Source: Eledone cirrhosa (Eukaryota). From it: DNA of 64,000 nt. A program made the translations under genes and the position numbers. A model generated the notes under the pieces. It was not told the DNA's origin, did no database searches, and saw only the letters and a list, made by a program, of their open reading frames with translations. The stretch lies in NCBI GenBank assembly GCA_964016885.1, contig OZ024741.1:375658001-375722000 (forward strand). Direction: 5' to 3'. Below, piece after piece: positions 1 to 12,209 of the stretch (within the stretch, counting starts at the first letter, position 1; each line of letters opens with the position of its first letter).

Positions 1-1168
1 ACAGATACATACACACTCATAGACACATACACACTCACAGACACATACACACTCACAGACACATACACACTCACAGATACATACACACTCACAGACACAT
101 ACACACTCACAGACACAAACACACTCACAGACAAATACACACTCACAGACAGAAACACACTCACAAACACAAACACACTCACAGACACATACACACTCAC
201 AGACACAAACACACACACAGACACATACACACTCACAGACACATACACACTCACCAGACACAAACACACTCACAGACACATACACACTCACAGACACATA
301 CACACTCACAGACACAAACACACTCACAGACACATACACACTCACAGACAGAAACACACTCACAAACACAAACACACTCACAGACACATACACACTCACA
401 GACACATACCCACTCACACACAAATACACACACAGACACATACACACTCACAGACACAAACACACACACAGACACATACACACTCACAGACACAAACACA
501 CTCACAAACACATACACACTCACAGACAAATACACACTCACAGACACATACACACTCACAGACACAAACACACTCACGGACACATACACACTCACAGACA
601 CATACACACTCACAGACACAAACACACACACAGACACATACACACTCACATACACACTCACAGACACATACAGACTCACAGACACAAACACACTCACAGA
701 CACAAACACACTCACAGACACATACACACTCACAGACACAAATACACTCACAGACACAAACACACTCACAGACACATACACACTCACAGACACAAACACA
801 CTCACAGACACATACACACTCACAGACACATACACACTCACAGACACAAACACACACACAGACACATACACACTCACATACACACTCACAGACACATACA
901 CACTCACAGACACAAATACACTCACAGACACACTCACAGACACAAACACACTCACAGACACAAACACACTCACGGACACATACACACTCACAGACACATA
1001 CACACTCACAGACACATACACACTCACAGACACATACACACTCACAGACACAAATACACTCACAGACACATACACACTCACAGACACATACACACTCACA
1101 GACACATACACACTCACAGACACATACACACTCACAGACACATACACACTCACAGACACATACACACG
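1..1168. repeat. 18-bp minisatellite (ACAGACACATACACACTC)n
   Basis: More than 60 near-perfect tandem units with CAT/AAA variants. Runs off the window start. Confidence 0.95.
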
Positions 1169-1169
1169 C

Positions 1170-1387
1170 ATATACAAAATGTGACTCATCGTCATCATAG
1201 TCGTGGTGGTGGTTTGCTATAGAAATGTTTTTTTAATCCAAATGAAAATAAAAATTACATGTTGACACTCCCGGGGTCTAATACTATTACCTTGTAACAT
1301 TTGATTTGGTCCAGCCGTTTGAGAATGCATAGGAACAGACAGAGAGACAGAGAGACAGAGAGACAGAGAATTTTATATATATAGAGA
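1170..1387 (-). mobile_element. 5' portion of a non-autonomous Helitron (same family as 16174-17181)
   Basis: The reverse complement starts A|TCTCTATATATATAAAATTC and aligns by eye to 16174-16410 (aatagtattagacccc, aatttttattttcatttggattaaa, gatgatgtcaca). Confidence 0.7.
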
Positions 1388-1510
1388 TGCTTAGTGGTTA
1401 GGAGGCTGTCAGCCTCATGATTGTAAGGTTCAATTCCTGGACCAAGTAGTGCATTGTGTTCTTTGCTTCACATCACTCAACTAGTGTTAACCCTATGATG
1501 GACTATCAGG
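1388..1510 (+). mobile_element. Decayed tRNA-derived SINE head
   Basis: A-box-like cttagtggttag and B-box-like ggttcaattcc. Resembles 5521-5790 and 25366-25708. Confidence 0.55.
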
Positions 1511-1527
1511 GTGTGGTGTAATCTTAA

Positions 1528-1740
1528 CCCTTTAGCATTTAAACCGGCTGTATCCGGCCCTTACCTCTTTCTGTTCAAACTGGCTGTAACTGGCTGCTCA
1601 TACCTACATTAAGGTATTGTTCTCAAAATAAATAATATCAAAATCTCGTAGATTCGATATTATATGAGATAATTATGTAATATAAAGCCTTTACTGTGAA
1701 AATACAATAGTAAATATAGAGTAATGTAAATGTTAAAGGG
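1528..1740. mobile_element. piggyBac-type MITE
   Basis: TIRs CCCTTTAGCATTTA / TAAATGTTAAAGGG, flanked on both sides by TTAA (1524-1527 and 1741-1744). Confidence 0.85.
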
Positions 1741-2094
1741 TTAAATCAATATAAATTCTAGAATAATAAACCTGTAGGCTTGATAGACTAATTCAAACAT
1801 GCATAATACTTACAGAAATACAGCCCTCTGGGCAGTTTTTGTTAGTATATGTATGTGTGTCTGTACTTTTCTTAAAGGCTAAAACACTTGCTTGATACAG
1901 GTTTCTAATCTGAAGACCTTTTGCTATCTACTTCTCCTGAGAGTTTCTTACCACATGTGTGTGTGTGCATGTTTTTCATAATGTATCTGTTGATATATTC
2001 AAATGTAAGAAAAGGCAAAAACTAATTTTCTGACATGCAAATGATACAAATATGTATTAATATAATCCTCATGTAGTTAATTCAATTTAATACA

Positions 2095-2447
2095 ATATGT
2101 GCAATATAAGTGTGAGAGAAAGGTAGAGCTTGGGCAAGTTAAGGGAGAAGCTGGGTTTAACAGAAATCCGAGGTAGTGTGCAAGACTGTGTTTGTTTGGA
2201 AATGTGATGCACATAGACAATGGTTATTGGGTGAAGAAATGCAAAGAAATCCCAGTGGAAAGAAGCCGCAGTAGAGGTAAACCAAGAAAGACCTGGGCAG
2301 AAGTTGTGAGAGCTGACCTCAAATTGCTGAGACTCGCAGAGGAGATAATGAAGAAATGCGGCAAGTGGAGAGATGATGTGCTGAGAAGGACCCATCTAAA
2401 CCATGCAAACATGGAAAAGTGGACATAAAAATGATGATGATGATGAT
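2095..2447 (+). mobile_element. RTE-clade LINE 3' fragment
   Basis: RT C-terminal motif ..WVKKC..RSRGKPRKTWAEVVRADL, followed by ccatgcaaacatggaaaagtggacataaa and a (GAT)n tail. Confidence 0.85.
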
Positions 2448-2454
2448 TATTTAT

Positions 2455-3135
2455 TTCCTACGAAATAGGAACCCCCAAATCTAATTAAGCAGAGAATCAA
2501 TTTCGATGAGATTTGAAACCATTTTTTGTTCTGACCCTCAGCTACTAGACAGCCACTATTCTAAGAGTGCATAGTGTAATGAATCACTATAATTTATAGG
2601 CAACATTTCTTTAGCAGGAGAATTATACAGGGTGGGCCAAAAGTCACTTCTTACTTATTTTTATTAATAAAACATTACAAATTAATTCAAAACTTAATTC
2701 TTTTATCTTCAAATTAAATTTCATAATTGGATCTTGTTTTTATTCAATTTTAATCTGAAAGAAAAAATATATAATATTTTAATAATATGAATTTTTAAAA
2801 ATAGGAAGTGACTTTTCGCCCACTCTGTATAAATTTGCAAAAACAAATTTGATTTTGTGGTTTATTTACTTTAATAGTTATGTATAAGATTTATATTTGC
2901 TGAAGCCAGAAAGCCATGCTGACACAAGCACAGAAATTGCATTTAATATTAAAGATAATACTAGTATTGATTCCTAACAGTAGTAAATGTTTGTGTTTAG
3001 AATTATATTCATGGACTTTATTTCGTTTGCATCGATAACAAGAATTCTTTAGTAAGCTATCATAATTATGATGTTTCACATAAAAATAGAATTCATGGAA
3101 CCTTATAGATATAATATACAAAAATATACATTCTT
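2455..3135 (-). repeat. Dispersed ~480-bp segment, inverted copy of 12525-13010, interrupted by a MITE
   Basis: Long shared blocks, e.g. gctgaagccagaaagccatgctgacacaagcacagaaattgcatttaatatt, whose reverse complement is at ~12700-12755. Confidence 0.85.
2628..2827. mobile_element. Tc1/mariner-type MITE
   Basis: TIRs CAGGGTGGGCCAAAAGTCACTTC / GAAGTGACTTTTCGCCCACTCTG with TA target duplication. Confidence 0.9.
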
Positions 3136-3483
3136 CTTCTTCTTCTCCTCTCTCTCCAATTGATGTGGCTGGATTCCCAAGCAAGACCAGCTAAGCCTAT
3201 GGATGTTATCCAACCATCTTACTCAAGGTCTACCCCTGAATCTCCTGCCAGTGGGTTTTGCCCATAAAATCTACCCAGCAATTCTTTCTTGAGGCATTCT
3301 ACCACATGTCTGTAATATTGGAGCTGTGGTCTCTCAATTTAGAGAAGTATCTGCTCTACTTGGAGCAACTCTCTGATCTCTGAGCTACACATTCTATTGA
3401 GTAATGTTACTCCAACAACCCTTTAAAGGAACCCCACTTTGGCTGCTTGTATTTGTGATCGTATTCTTTCAGCCGTTACTCAA
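3131..3483 (-). mobile_element. Decayed RTE-like LINE 3' fragment with (GAA)n tail
   Basis: The minus strand reads ...QAAKVGFL...GVTLL..., followed by a (TTC)n tract on +. Same family as 29138-29580. Confidence 0.65.
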
Positions 3484-4428
3484 TTTAAAGAGAAAATATA
3501 CAAATTTAAAAAAAAACCCATCAATTTAAGGCTATGTGCATCAGTCTGTCACACACCACAAAGAGTATTGGAACTTCCTTCTAATTATGTTTGTTGTCAT
3601 TTGTCACTTCAAAAACCCAAACATTAATATATACTTTCCTGATGATTTCAAAAGAGTGAAACAGATCTAGCCATGTAGAAGTTATTTCTATATGAAAGAA
3701 ATACACACATGCTCGCACATATATATAGAGACTTACACACATTTATATCTCTATCTATCTATATATATATATAAATACACACACACACACACACATATAT
3801 ATATACATATACATATATGTGTGTGTGTATGTATATATACACACACATATATATACATACATAGGGAGGGTTAGATAGATAAGTATGTATATATATATGT
3901 ATGCATGTATATATATATTTACATGCCTATGTATATCTATATCCAAGCAGGCTGCTTTAAGCATGAAGACATGATGCAACATGGCAGTAAAATTTTGGTT
4001 TTCATTTGCAGCTTTTAAGTGAGGAAGACATGCACAGCGGATGGTGAGAAATGAAGTGCATATAATCTATTGGATATATAACATTCATTTACATGAACAA
4101 GTATGCAATTGAGTTAGGGGAGAAAGGCAGTGTGATATAAACATATACTGTATATATACTCATATACACACAAGTATATATGTAATCATAGACTGTTGTG
4201 GGGCTATGTAAAGGCTTCTACTATTTACAGTATCTTACCTCATTTGAGGGGCTGGAACTGAGAAATCCATGGTAGCAGTTTTGAAAATAATTTCCTACGT
4301 TTAAATTTTATTTAGTTCCTATCTGAAAAAAAAAGGGTATGAAAATTCAATTATATCTATATGAATAGCCTGCATGCATATGCATACACATACATTTCTT
4401 TTCTGTATATACACACACACAAACACAT

Positions 4429-4474
<46 letters not shown>

Positions 4475-4509
4475 TCATCATCATTTTACGTCCGCTTTAC
4501 CCAGCTTAT

Positions 4510-4742
4510 ATAAAACAGAGAAAGTGTGGTAAGGAACCAGGTGGCCCATAATGCACCGGAGTACTCGATACTTAGGGTAGTCAAGTGGGTAATAGGAAAA
4601 AAGTCAGGACGCCGACGGCTGAGCTCCGGCCGTTTCGACAGCTAGATCCGAACACCTTTGGATCTAGCTGTTCCGAATGCGTTCAGATCTAGCTGTTGAA
4701 ATGGCCGGAGCTCAGCCGTCAGGGTCCTTCCTGACTCTTTTG
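4510..4742 (-). mobile_element. Fold-back element with 3' half of a hammerhead motif (same family as 9561-9845)
   Basis: Inverted arms ~4597-4650 / ~4685-4741. GAAA[C/T]GGC-loop-GCCGTC on both strands. The tail gtggtaaggaaccag...atacttagggtag is shared in inverted form with 9793-9840. Confidence 0.65.
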
Positions 4743-4934
4743 TTAAATATATATATATATATATATATATAATGAAGCTAGCACAACAGGGATCTATATA
4801 GCCACAGCCAGTCCATTACTCATTCAATGAGACACAAGATTTGAACATGGGAATGTAGAAAGCTATATCTAGGAGTGCACACTCAAATACATTATTTGTA
4901 ATGGAGATTGCAGCATCGCTTTGCTTGATTAAAA

Positions 4935-5017
4935 AGTCTGATGAGCAGATCGGGCTGGAGCCGGTCTATAGTATTTACATGGATCCTGAGCCACCCATCA
5001 ATGAAATGGTCGTAACT
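4935..5017 (+). ncRNA. Type I hammerhead ribozyme-like motif (Penelope pLTR-like)
   Basis: agt-CTGATGA(4938-4944)-long stem II region-GAAA TGGTCG TA-act. AATAAA at 5028-5033. The element lies between two (TA)n tracts. Confidence 0.5.
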
Positions 5018-5080
5018 GTGTATAATCAATAAAGACCTTAATGTGAAACCTCACTTTGTTTTTAATATATATATATATAA

Positions 5081-5285
5081 TAATTACATAATAAACAACA
5101 TGATATAATTATTCCATTACTAAAGGTTTCAGGAAACTAGACGATCTTAACAGAAACATTCAGCACACTCATGAGATGTAAATATTTCATCTGATGAGTG
5201 TGCTGGACATTTCTGTTATGATCGTCTAGTTTCCTGAAACCTTTGGTAATGGAATAATTATATTGTGTTGTTTATTATGTAATTA
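5081..5285. mobile_element. ~100-bp-arm palindrome containing a hammerhead ribozyme
   Basis: taattacataataaacaac... / ...gttgtttattatgtaatta arms with a loop at ~5178-5187. Confidence 0.85.
5183..5256 (+). ncRNA. Type I hammerhead ribozyme with intact catalytic core
   Basis: Stem I TATTTCAT/ATGGAATA, CTGATGA (5191-5197), stem II CTGGAC/GTCTAG with an imperfect base, GAAA (5236-5239), stem III ACC-ttt-GGT, cleavage triplet GTA (5246-5248). Confidence 0.65.
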
Positions 5286-5520
5286 AATGGCTCTGTGCTA
5301 TACATAGAGCACTCTTAATTCTTTTACCTTTTCTACCAAAATACATAACATATACATATATATATTTGACCCTCCCAAAGTATAACAATATTTGTAATTT
5401 ATTTTAGATAAACTAATTTCTTTTTATTGAGTACTGTAAATTTGCATGCATATATAAATAAAATTAGATGCATCTTCAACATTTTATAATTATTTTTTAC
5501 ACACGCACACAGACACACAT

Positions 5521-5790
5521 ATGGTAGTGGTTAAATGTGTTGGGTTTATGATCATAATGTCGTGGGTTTCATTCCTTGATTGGGTTGTGTGTTGTGTTCT
5601 TGAACAAATCCCTTCGTTTCACGTTGCTCCAGTATACTCAGCTGAAAAATAGTACTAGCAGTATTTTGGGATTTAACCCTGTGATGGACTGACATCCTGT
5701 CCAGGGTAAGTCTTGTACTCTCAGTCACTTAACGTCATAGAAACAGGATAAGCATCAGCCTAATGAGCCTCAAGGCTCAAGACAGACTTT
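5521..5790 (+). mobile_element. Decayed CORE-like tRNA SINE
   Basis: gtagtggtt A-box, gttgtgttcttgaacaaat CORE-like block, ccctgtgatggactgacatcctgtccaggg and a (agacttt) tail. Confidence 0.6.
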
Positions 5791-6153
5791 AGACTTTAGA
5801 ATTAACATACCACACGCAGCAAAACAATTCTACAGTTATTCCAGCAGTTCCATATAGAACTTTTCCCATGATACAGATGCTACTCATGCATCCTTGATGC
5901 CCTCTATTTCAATCTATTCCTCTTCATTTGTACCTTCTTCCTATTTTTGTCATCCATTTGCCATATTTCTCTAGCAAGACAATTTAAGCTGATATTAAAC
6001 ATATAGATATATAACACATCTTTAAACAGAGGTTCCATGACAGCAAATGACTACTGTTTATTTGTCACAAAATTCTAAACTATTATATTAAAGCTGGTGT
6101 ATCTGTGGTATAAAAAGTATGTCACACTGTGGAAATGGGATTGTAGGAGTGTG

Positions 6154-6213
<60 letters not shown>

Positions 6214-7033
6214 CATCATCATCATCATCGTTTAACGTCCATCTTCCACGCTTGCATGGGTTTGGACGGGAGTTTTCCCACTTGGGGCAAGATTGGTTGT
6301 CCTGCTCGTATAGGACTGTCTGGCGGGTTTTCTACGGCTGGATGCCCTTCCTAACACCAACCACATTTACAGTGTGGACTGGGAGGTTTTTACTGTGTTA
6401 CCTACACGGCCACATTACAGCGTGGACTGTGTGTTTTTTTTGTCGTGACAGCTACACGTCTGGCGGGTTTTCTACGGCTGGGTGCCCTTCCCAATACCAA
6501 CCATGTTTACAGTGTGGACTGGAAGGTTTTTACTGTGTTACCTACATGGCCACATTACAGCGTGGACTGTGTGTTTTTTTGTCGTGACACCTACACGACC
6601 TCATTTGTTTCGGACTGGATGTTGTGGTACCAACATAACTTCACATTTAAGGGGGTGGTGTGGATGGGGTGGGGGTAGTGGGACGGGGGTGTATTTTGTT
6701 AGAGGTGCCTACTGACTGTAGGTTTCGCTTTGTACTTAGGCAAGGCGGATCTTCGGTATGACTGTGTAGCGCCAAAGATCTCGGTCCAGTGACATTGTCT
6801 TGGAGAGGTGTAAGTGTGTGAGGTCGGAATTTATCAAATCGTCCCAGGTTTTTCTGGGCCTGCCTACTCCGTGGCTACGGTCTATTTTTATGGCCCTGCA
6901 CTTTTTTATACAGCTGTCGTCTTTCATGCGCATCACATGACCGTACCAACATAGTCTTCTCTCGAGTAAACAACATCTGATCCCTCTTATTCCTAATTTC
7001 TCCCTTAGTTCGTTTATGCTTTGCCGTTCACGT
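6214..7033 (-). mobile_element. RTE-clade LINE 3' fragment with internal 140-bp tandem duplication
   Basis: The minus strand encodes RRLCWYGHVMRMKDDSCIKKC...GRPRKTWDDLI and ends in a (GAT)n tail at 6214-6230. Direct repeat 6318-6457 / 6458-6597. Confidence 0.85.
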
Positions 7034-7049
7034 ATATATATATATATAT

Positions 7050-8794
7050 TATATTATATTTTGAGAATAAACTCTCAGTCGTTTACAATAATTAAGCTCC
7101 AGGAAGGGGCTCTTCCGAGCAGTTAATACATTTAAAGTATATGATAAACACGAAATGTGTTTACATTGCAACAGACAAAGTTAGCCATTAATGAAATAAA
7201 CTAATAAAAGTGAATACAATTTGTCTGTCTCGATACAAGTCAATAAAGACAAGATTATATTGGCAATGGCCATGATTCCTGGACATATTTAAATTTCAAA
7301 ATTCAAACCTGTTCTGTAGACGAATTTGAACCTCGAAACCCAAATAAGTTTCGCAACGGTGGAATGTGAATTGAAAAATAAAGAGAATCGAAATGGAATA
7401 GAAATAAAAGAGTGAAATGCCCAAATCTTCTGTGCTTATCAACAGGAATCCAGTAAGATTAGTCTATCTCACATCAAAAATTTTGCAGGACTGACTACAC
7501 GTGGGTAGGCAGGCCAAAACTAGCTATCACACATTCACGGTGCTAGAAATAACAGCCGCTTATGCAGGATTAAGGATCAGCTCTTACAATAAAGGAGCTA
7601 TACATTATATTATATTTTGAGAATAAACTCTCAGTCGTTTACAATAATTAAGCTCCAGGAAGGGGCTCTTCCGAGCAGTTAATACATTTAAAGTATATGA
7701 TAAACACGAAATGTGTTTACATTGCAACAGACAAAGTTAGCCATTAATGAAATAAACTAATAAAAGTGAATACAATTTGTCTGTCTCGATACAAGTCAAT
7801 AAAGACAAGATTATATTGGCAACGGCCATGATTCCTGGACATATTTATATTTCAAAATTCAAACCTGTTCTGTAGACGAATTTGAACCTCGAAACCCAAA
7901 TAAGTTTCGCAATGGTGGAATGTGAATTGAAAAATAAAGAGAATCGAAATGGAATAGAAATAAAAGAGTGAAATGCCCAAATCTTCTGTGCTTATCAACA
8001 GGAATCCAGTAAGATTAGTCTATCTCACATCAAAAATTTTGCAGGACTGACTACACGTCATTAATGGCTAACTTTGCAGGACTGACTACACTTCATTAAT
8101 GGCTAACTTTGGCTAAAAATTTTGCAGGACTGACTACACGTCATTAATGGCTAATTTTGCAGGACTGACTACACTTCATTAATGGCTAACTTTGTCTGTT
8201 GCAATGTAAACACATTTCGTGTTTATCATATACTTTAAATGTATTAACTGCTCGGAAGAGCCCCTTCCTGGAGCTTAATTATTGTAAACGACTGAGAGTT
8301 TATTCTCAAAATATAATATAATGTATAGCTCCTTTATTGTAAGAGCTGATCCTTAATCCTGCATAAGCGGCTGTTATTTCTAGCACCGTGAATGTGTGAT
8401 AGCTAGTTTTGGCCTGCCTACCCACGTGTAGTCAGTCCTGCAAAATTTTTGATGTGAGATAGACTAATCTTACTGGATTCCTGTTGATAAGCACAGAAGA
8501 TTTGGGCATTTCACTCTTTTATTTCTATTCCATTTCGATTCTCTTTATTTTTCAATTCACATTCCACCGTTGCGAAACTTATTTGGGTTTCGAGGTTCAA
8601 ATTCGTCTACAGAACAGGTTTGAATTTTGAAATTTAAATATGTCCAGGAATCATGGCCATTGCCAATATAATCTTGTCTTTATTGACTTGTATCGAGACA
8701 GACAAATTGTATTCACTTTTATTAGTTTATTTCATTAATGGCTAACTTTGTCTGTTGCAATGTAAACACATTTCGTGTTTATCATATACTTTAA

Positions 8795-8800
<6 letters not shown>
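7050..8800. repeat. Composite tandem plus inverted repeat (~557-bp unit, 625-bp inverted arms) between (TA)n tracts
   Basis: Unit 7050-7605 is repeated as 7606-8057. 8175-8800 is the reverse complement of 7126-7751. The spacer 8058-8174 is built from shuffled short pieces of the unit. Confidence 0.92.
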
Positions 8801-8833
<33 letters not shown>

Positions 8834-8836
<3 letters not shown>

Positions 8837-9170
8837 TCATCATCATTTTACGTCCGCTTTTCCCTGCTTGCAAGGGTGGGACGGGAACTGATTCTGGCTT
8901 GATTTCTACAGCTGGATGCCCTTCTTAACACCAACCTCATTTACAGTGAGTGCTGGGTGCTGTTTTTGCCGTGGCACCTCCACGACCACTTTGCAGTGGA
9001 ATGATGGGGACCCCTCTCCCTATCATCTCATTTCTACAGCTGAGTAAACTGGAGCAATGTGAAATAAAGTGTCTTGCTCAAGGAAACAACACATCACCCG
9101 GTCTGAGAATTGAACTCACAACCTTTCGATTGCAAGGCCAATGCTCTAACCACTAAGCCATGTGCCTCCA
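8834..9170 (-). mobile_element. tRNA/CORE-like SINE with RTE-type (GAT)n tail
   Basis: Near-identical reverse complement of 25366-25708. Confidence 0.88.
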
Positions 9171-9182
9171 TATGTATATATA

Positions 9183-9502
9183 TATAAAGAAATTTGAAGT
9201 TTGAAAGCCACGACAATGCAGGTTTGGACGGAAAATAATTAAATCGTAAGAAACAGGCTTGTTTTTGTTTTTTTTACCTTAATTTATTCATATGTCCTGA
9301 TATTTTGAGATTAATATCTCTTCCTCTGAGGAAAACTGGAATAGTTCCTTTATTTTCCTCGGAAGAGGAGATATTAATCTCAAAATATAAGGACATATGA
9401 ATAAATTAAGGTAAAAAAAAAACACGCCCTGTTTCTTATGATTTAATTATTCTCCGTCCAAACTCACATTGTTGTGGCTTTCAAACTTTGATTTTCTTTA
9501 TA
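9183..9502. mobile_element. ~150-bp-arm palindrome with decayed minimal hammerhead on each arm
   Basis: Arms 9183-9335 / 9351-9502. The + strand reads ttcct-CGGAAGA-G-GAGAT atta ATCTC-AAAA-TATA-agga, then AATAAA. The - strand reads ttcct-CAGAGGA-A-GAGAT atta ATCTC-AAAA-TATC-agga. Confidence 0.75.
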
Positions 9503-9560
9503 CCATATACAATGCTTCAAGTAAACTACAAATTCCTTATATATATATATATATATATAT

Positions 9561-9845
9561 AGGAAAAAGTATGACCCCGACGGCAGAGCTCAAACCGTTT
9601 CGACGGCTATTTCTAGACTAAATTAGAATTTTTACCCTGGTGAATAAATAGTCGAACTTGTCAAGGGGGTACTGTAAATTATCTTCCCATACAAGTTCGG
9701 CTATTTATTCACCAGGCTAAAATTTCTAATTTAGTCCAGAAATAGCTGTCGAAACGGCTTGAGCTCTGCCGTCGGGGTCATACTTTTTCCTATTTCCCAC
9801 TCTACTACCCTAAGTATGGTCCATCTGGTTCCTTACCACAATTCC
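9561..9845 (+). mobile_element. Fold-back element with 3' half of a hammerhead motif
   Basis: Arms 9561-~9661 / ~9690-9791. GAAACGGC-ttgagctct-GCCGTC at 9751-9773. Flanked by (TA)n. Confidence 0.75.
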
Positions 9846-10079
9846 TTTGTTATATATATATATATATACGATGATGATGATGATGATATATATATATATA
9901 TATATAACATCATGAGAGAGAAAGAGAAAGAAATACGATGGTGGTGGTGGTGGTAACAGCAGCAACATTGAAATTTCTTTTTAATCTCATGTCTTTATGG
10001 AAAAAGAATGGTGTGCATGTGTGTGCACATGTGTGGTGTGTGTGTGCAGGAGAAAGAGAGGGGGAGGTGAGAGAGAGAG

Positions 10080-10138
<59 letters not shown>

Positions 10139-11579
10139 ATAACAAGTCTTTATGGAAAGCGGATGGCAAGATTCTGTATCTATAATTTTTTTTTGAAATC
10201 CTGGATTATCATTTAAAATGTCATATTGATCTTAAATACTTTGTGGTTTTTAAACCAGTGTATTTCCAAGGGGGCAGCTCGTATATATTCAAACTGAGAA
10301 TTTCAAGTTACAGATAATCTATTTCATTTTTAATTGGATGTATTAAATGTGTTTATGTATGCACTCCATATTAATCAATATACAATTTTATCAATCATTT
10401 TACACCCCGTAAAAAAACAAAATCATCAATAAATACTCGCAATTAATCAATATACAGCTTGCATTAATCAATATCTAGCCTGTATTAAAGAAATATTTAG
10501 CCTTTTCTAAAGAGTATTTATCCTATATTTATCAATATACATCCTATGTTTATCAATATAGAATCAAGACATGGTCACCTGACCTAGTATTGCCCACAAC
10601 AGGACAACTCGTCTAACCCATGCTAGCATGGAAGAATGGATGTAAAATGGGAAGGATGATGATGATACATCCCATGTTTATCAATATACAATACTTACTT
10701 GTGTATAAGTCACACAGTTAGGCCTGTAGCAGTAGTTTGAACCTTAGTTTGCATGTTTGCCTTGTAGGGCATTGTTGACAATGAACATGGGTCAGACCAA
10801 CTTGATACATCACACCCATCAAGCCAAAAGTTTCCTACCACAAACACACTGCCATACCACAATGAATGTGAACAGCAAACATTTGACAGATATCAATTCA
10901 CTTCACCACCCCATCACCAAAACATGCTGGTTTTTATGTCATTGCCATAGAATAAAAGTGTGATTTATTCATGAGTATATATGTAACCCAGTACAACCTG
11001 ATATATGTTATAGGATTGTCATAGTGTTCCAAGATATATACTACCTGGCATAAAGTTGATAATGGTGTTGTTTGCAGCTACTGTTCTCATTTAACCCATG
11101 GACAGCTCTGATTGATCAGACCCATGACCAAAGACATTCCAGTTCTGACCATCTCATCCTTTTCCTCTATGCAAGGAAACTACAATCACATTATCTGGCA
11201 TGTTCGTATTTAGCATTGTAGGTATATTTTGAGGAAGATACGACTGCTATTTTTAGTTAGGTTGTGTCAGTACAACCAGCTTCATTGTTGAGTGGTCAGT
11301 AACTAAAAAGGCTTCCCCACCAGAGCCTGGTTTGGTGAGGGAGATAAGTGGAACCCCAGCAGCACAAAAAACAAGAGCTTTTAAACAGGTTGATGAACTC
11401 CTCAGAGTCAACAACCATCCACCCCCAACTATGGTTTAAATAGCCTCACCAACCTGCAATGGGCCAAACATGGTGAATATAGCTACATTCCTGATATGGC
11501 TAAAACTAAACAAAATGTGATGGAGGTCAACCAAGGAGAGGTTCTTCCAACAGTAGTGAGAAGACCCTGGATTGGATAT

Positions 11580-12035
11580 ACAGTACATTGTACATTTCTC
11601 AATATACATCCTATATTTATCAATATGCATTGTCTATTTATCAATATGTATCAAGATTTATCAATAAACATCCTTCATTTATTAATATATATTGTCACTT
11701 ATCAATATACACTGTATATCTTTATATATTATATCCTATATTTATCGATATAAATCCTATATACATCATCTATTTATCAATATATATTAAAGAGGTATTT
11801 ATCAGTATGCCTTCTATATTTATTCATATATATCCTGTATTTATCAATATATATCCTATATACATTATCAATATGTATTGTATATATATATATTTATCAG
11901 TATGCCTTCTATATTTATTTATATATACCCTGTATTTATCAATATACATCCTATATATATCATCGATATATATTATGTAGCTATTTATAAATGTGCCTTC
12001 TATGTTTATTTATATATATCCTCTATTTATATACA
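11580..12035. repeat. Degenerate ~20-bp minisatellite (TATTTATCAATATACATCCT-like)
   Basis: Recurring tttatcaatat motif at roughly 20-nt spacing. Related units occur at ~10370-10690. Confidence 0.75.
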
Positions 12036-12209
12036 CCAAGGTGGGGAAAGGGAGAGATAGGGTGATTGAAACTTTGGGTCAAAACATGACATATTTTTAA
12101 GAAATAGAAATTCATAAAATAACACAATAAAATACAACTTGCTTATACAGGTTTCTGATTTATATATAATTAGTCGGTATTGTTTATTTTATATTGTTTA
12201 TTATTTTAT

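Noticed and set aside
251-1198. 315-aa (VSVSVY)n ORF
   Set aside because: Translation of the 18-bp minisatellite.
1880-1955. CTGAAGA-containing repeat shared with ~21850-21925
   Set aside because: A dispersed repeat fragment with no downstream GAAA/stem III, so it is not counted as a ribozyme.
4012-4043. Possible micro-exon (tttgcag...gtgaga) of JIP1
   Set aside because: Splice-like signals only. The peptide is not recognisable and it is not the expected SH3 exon.
10757-10963. 68-aa ORF in non-repetitive sequence
   Set aside because: No recognisable homology or convincing splice context in any frame.
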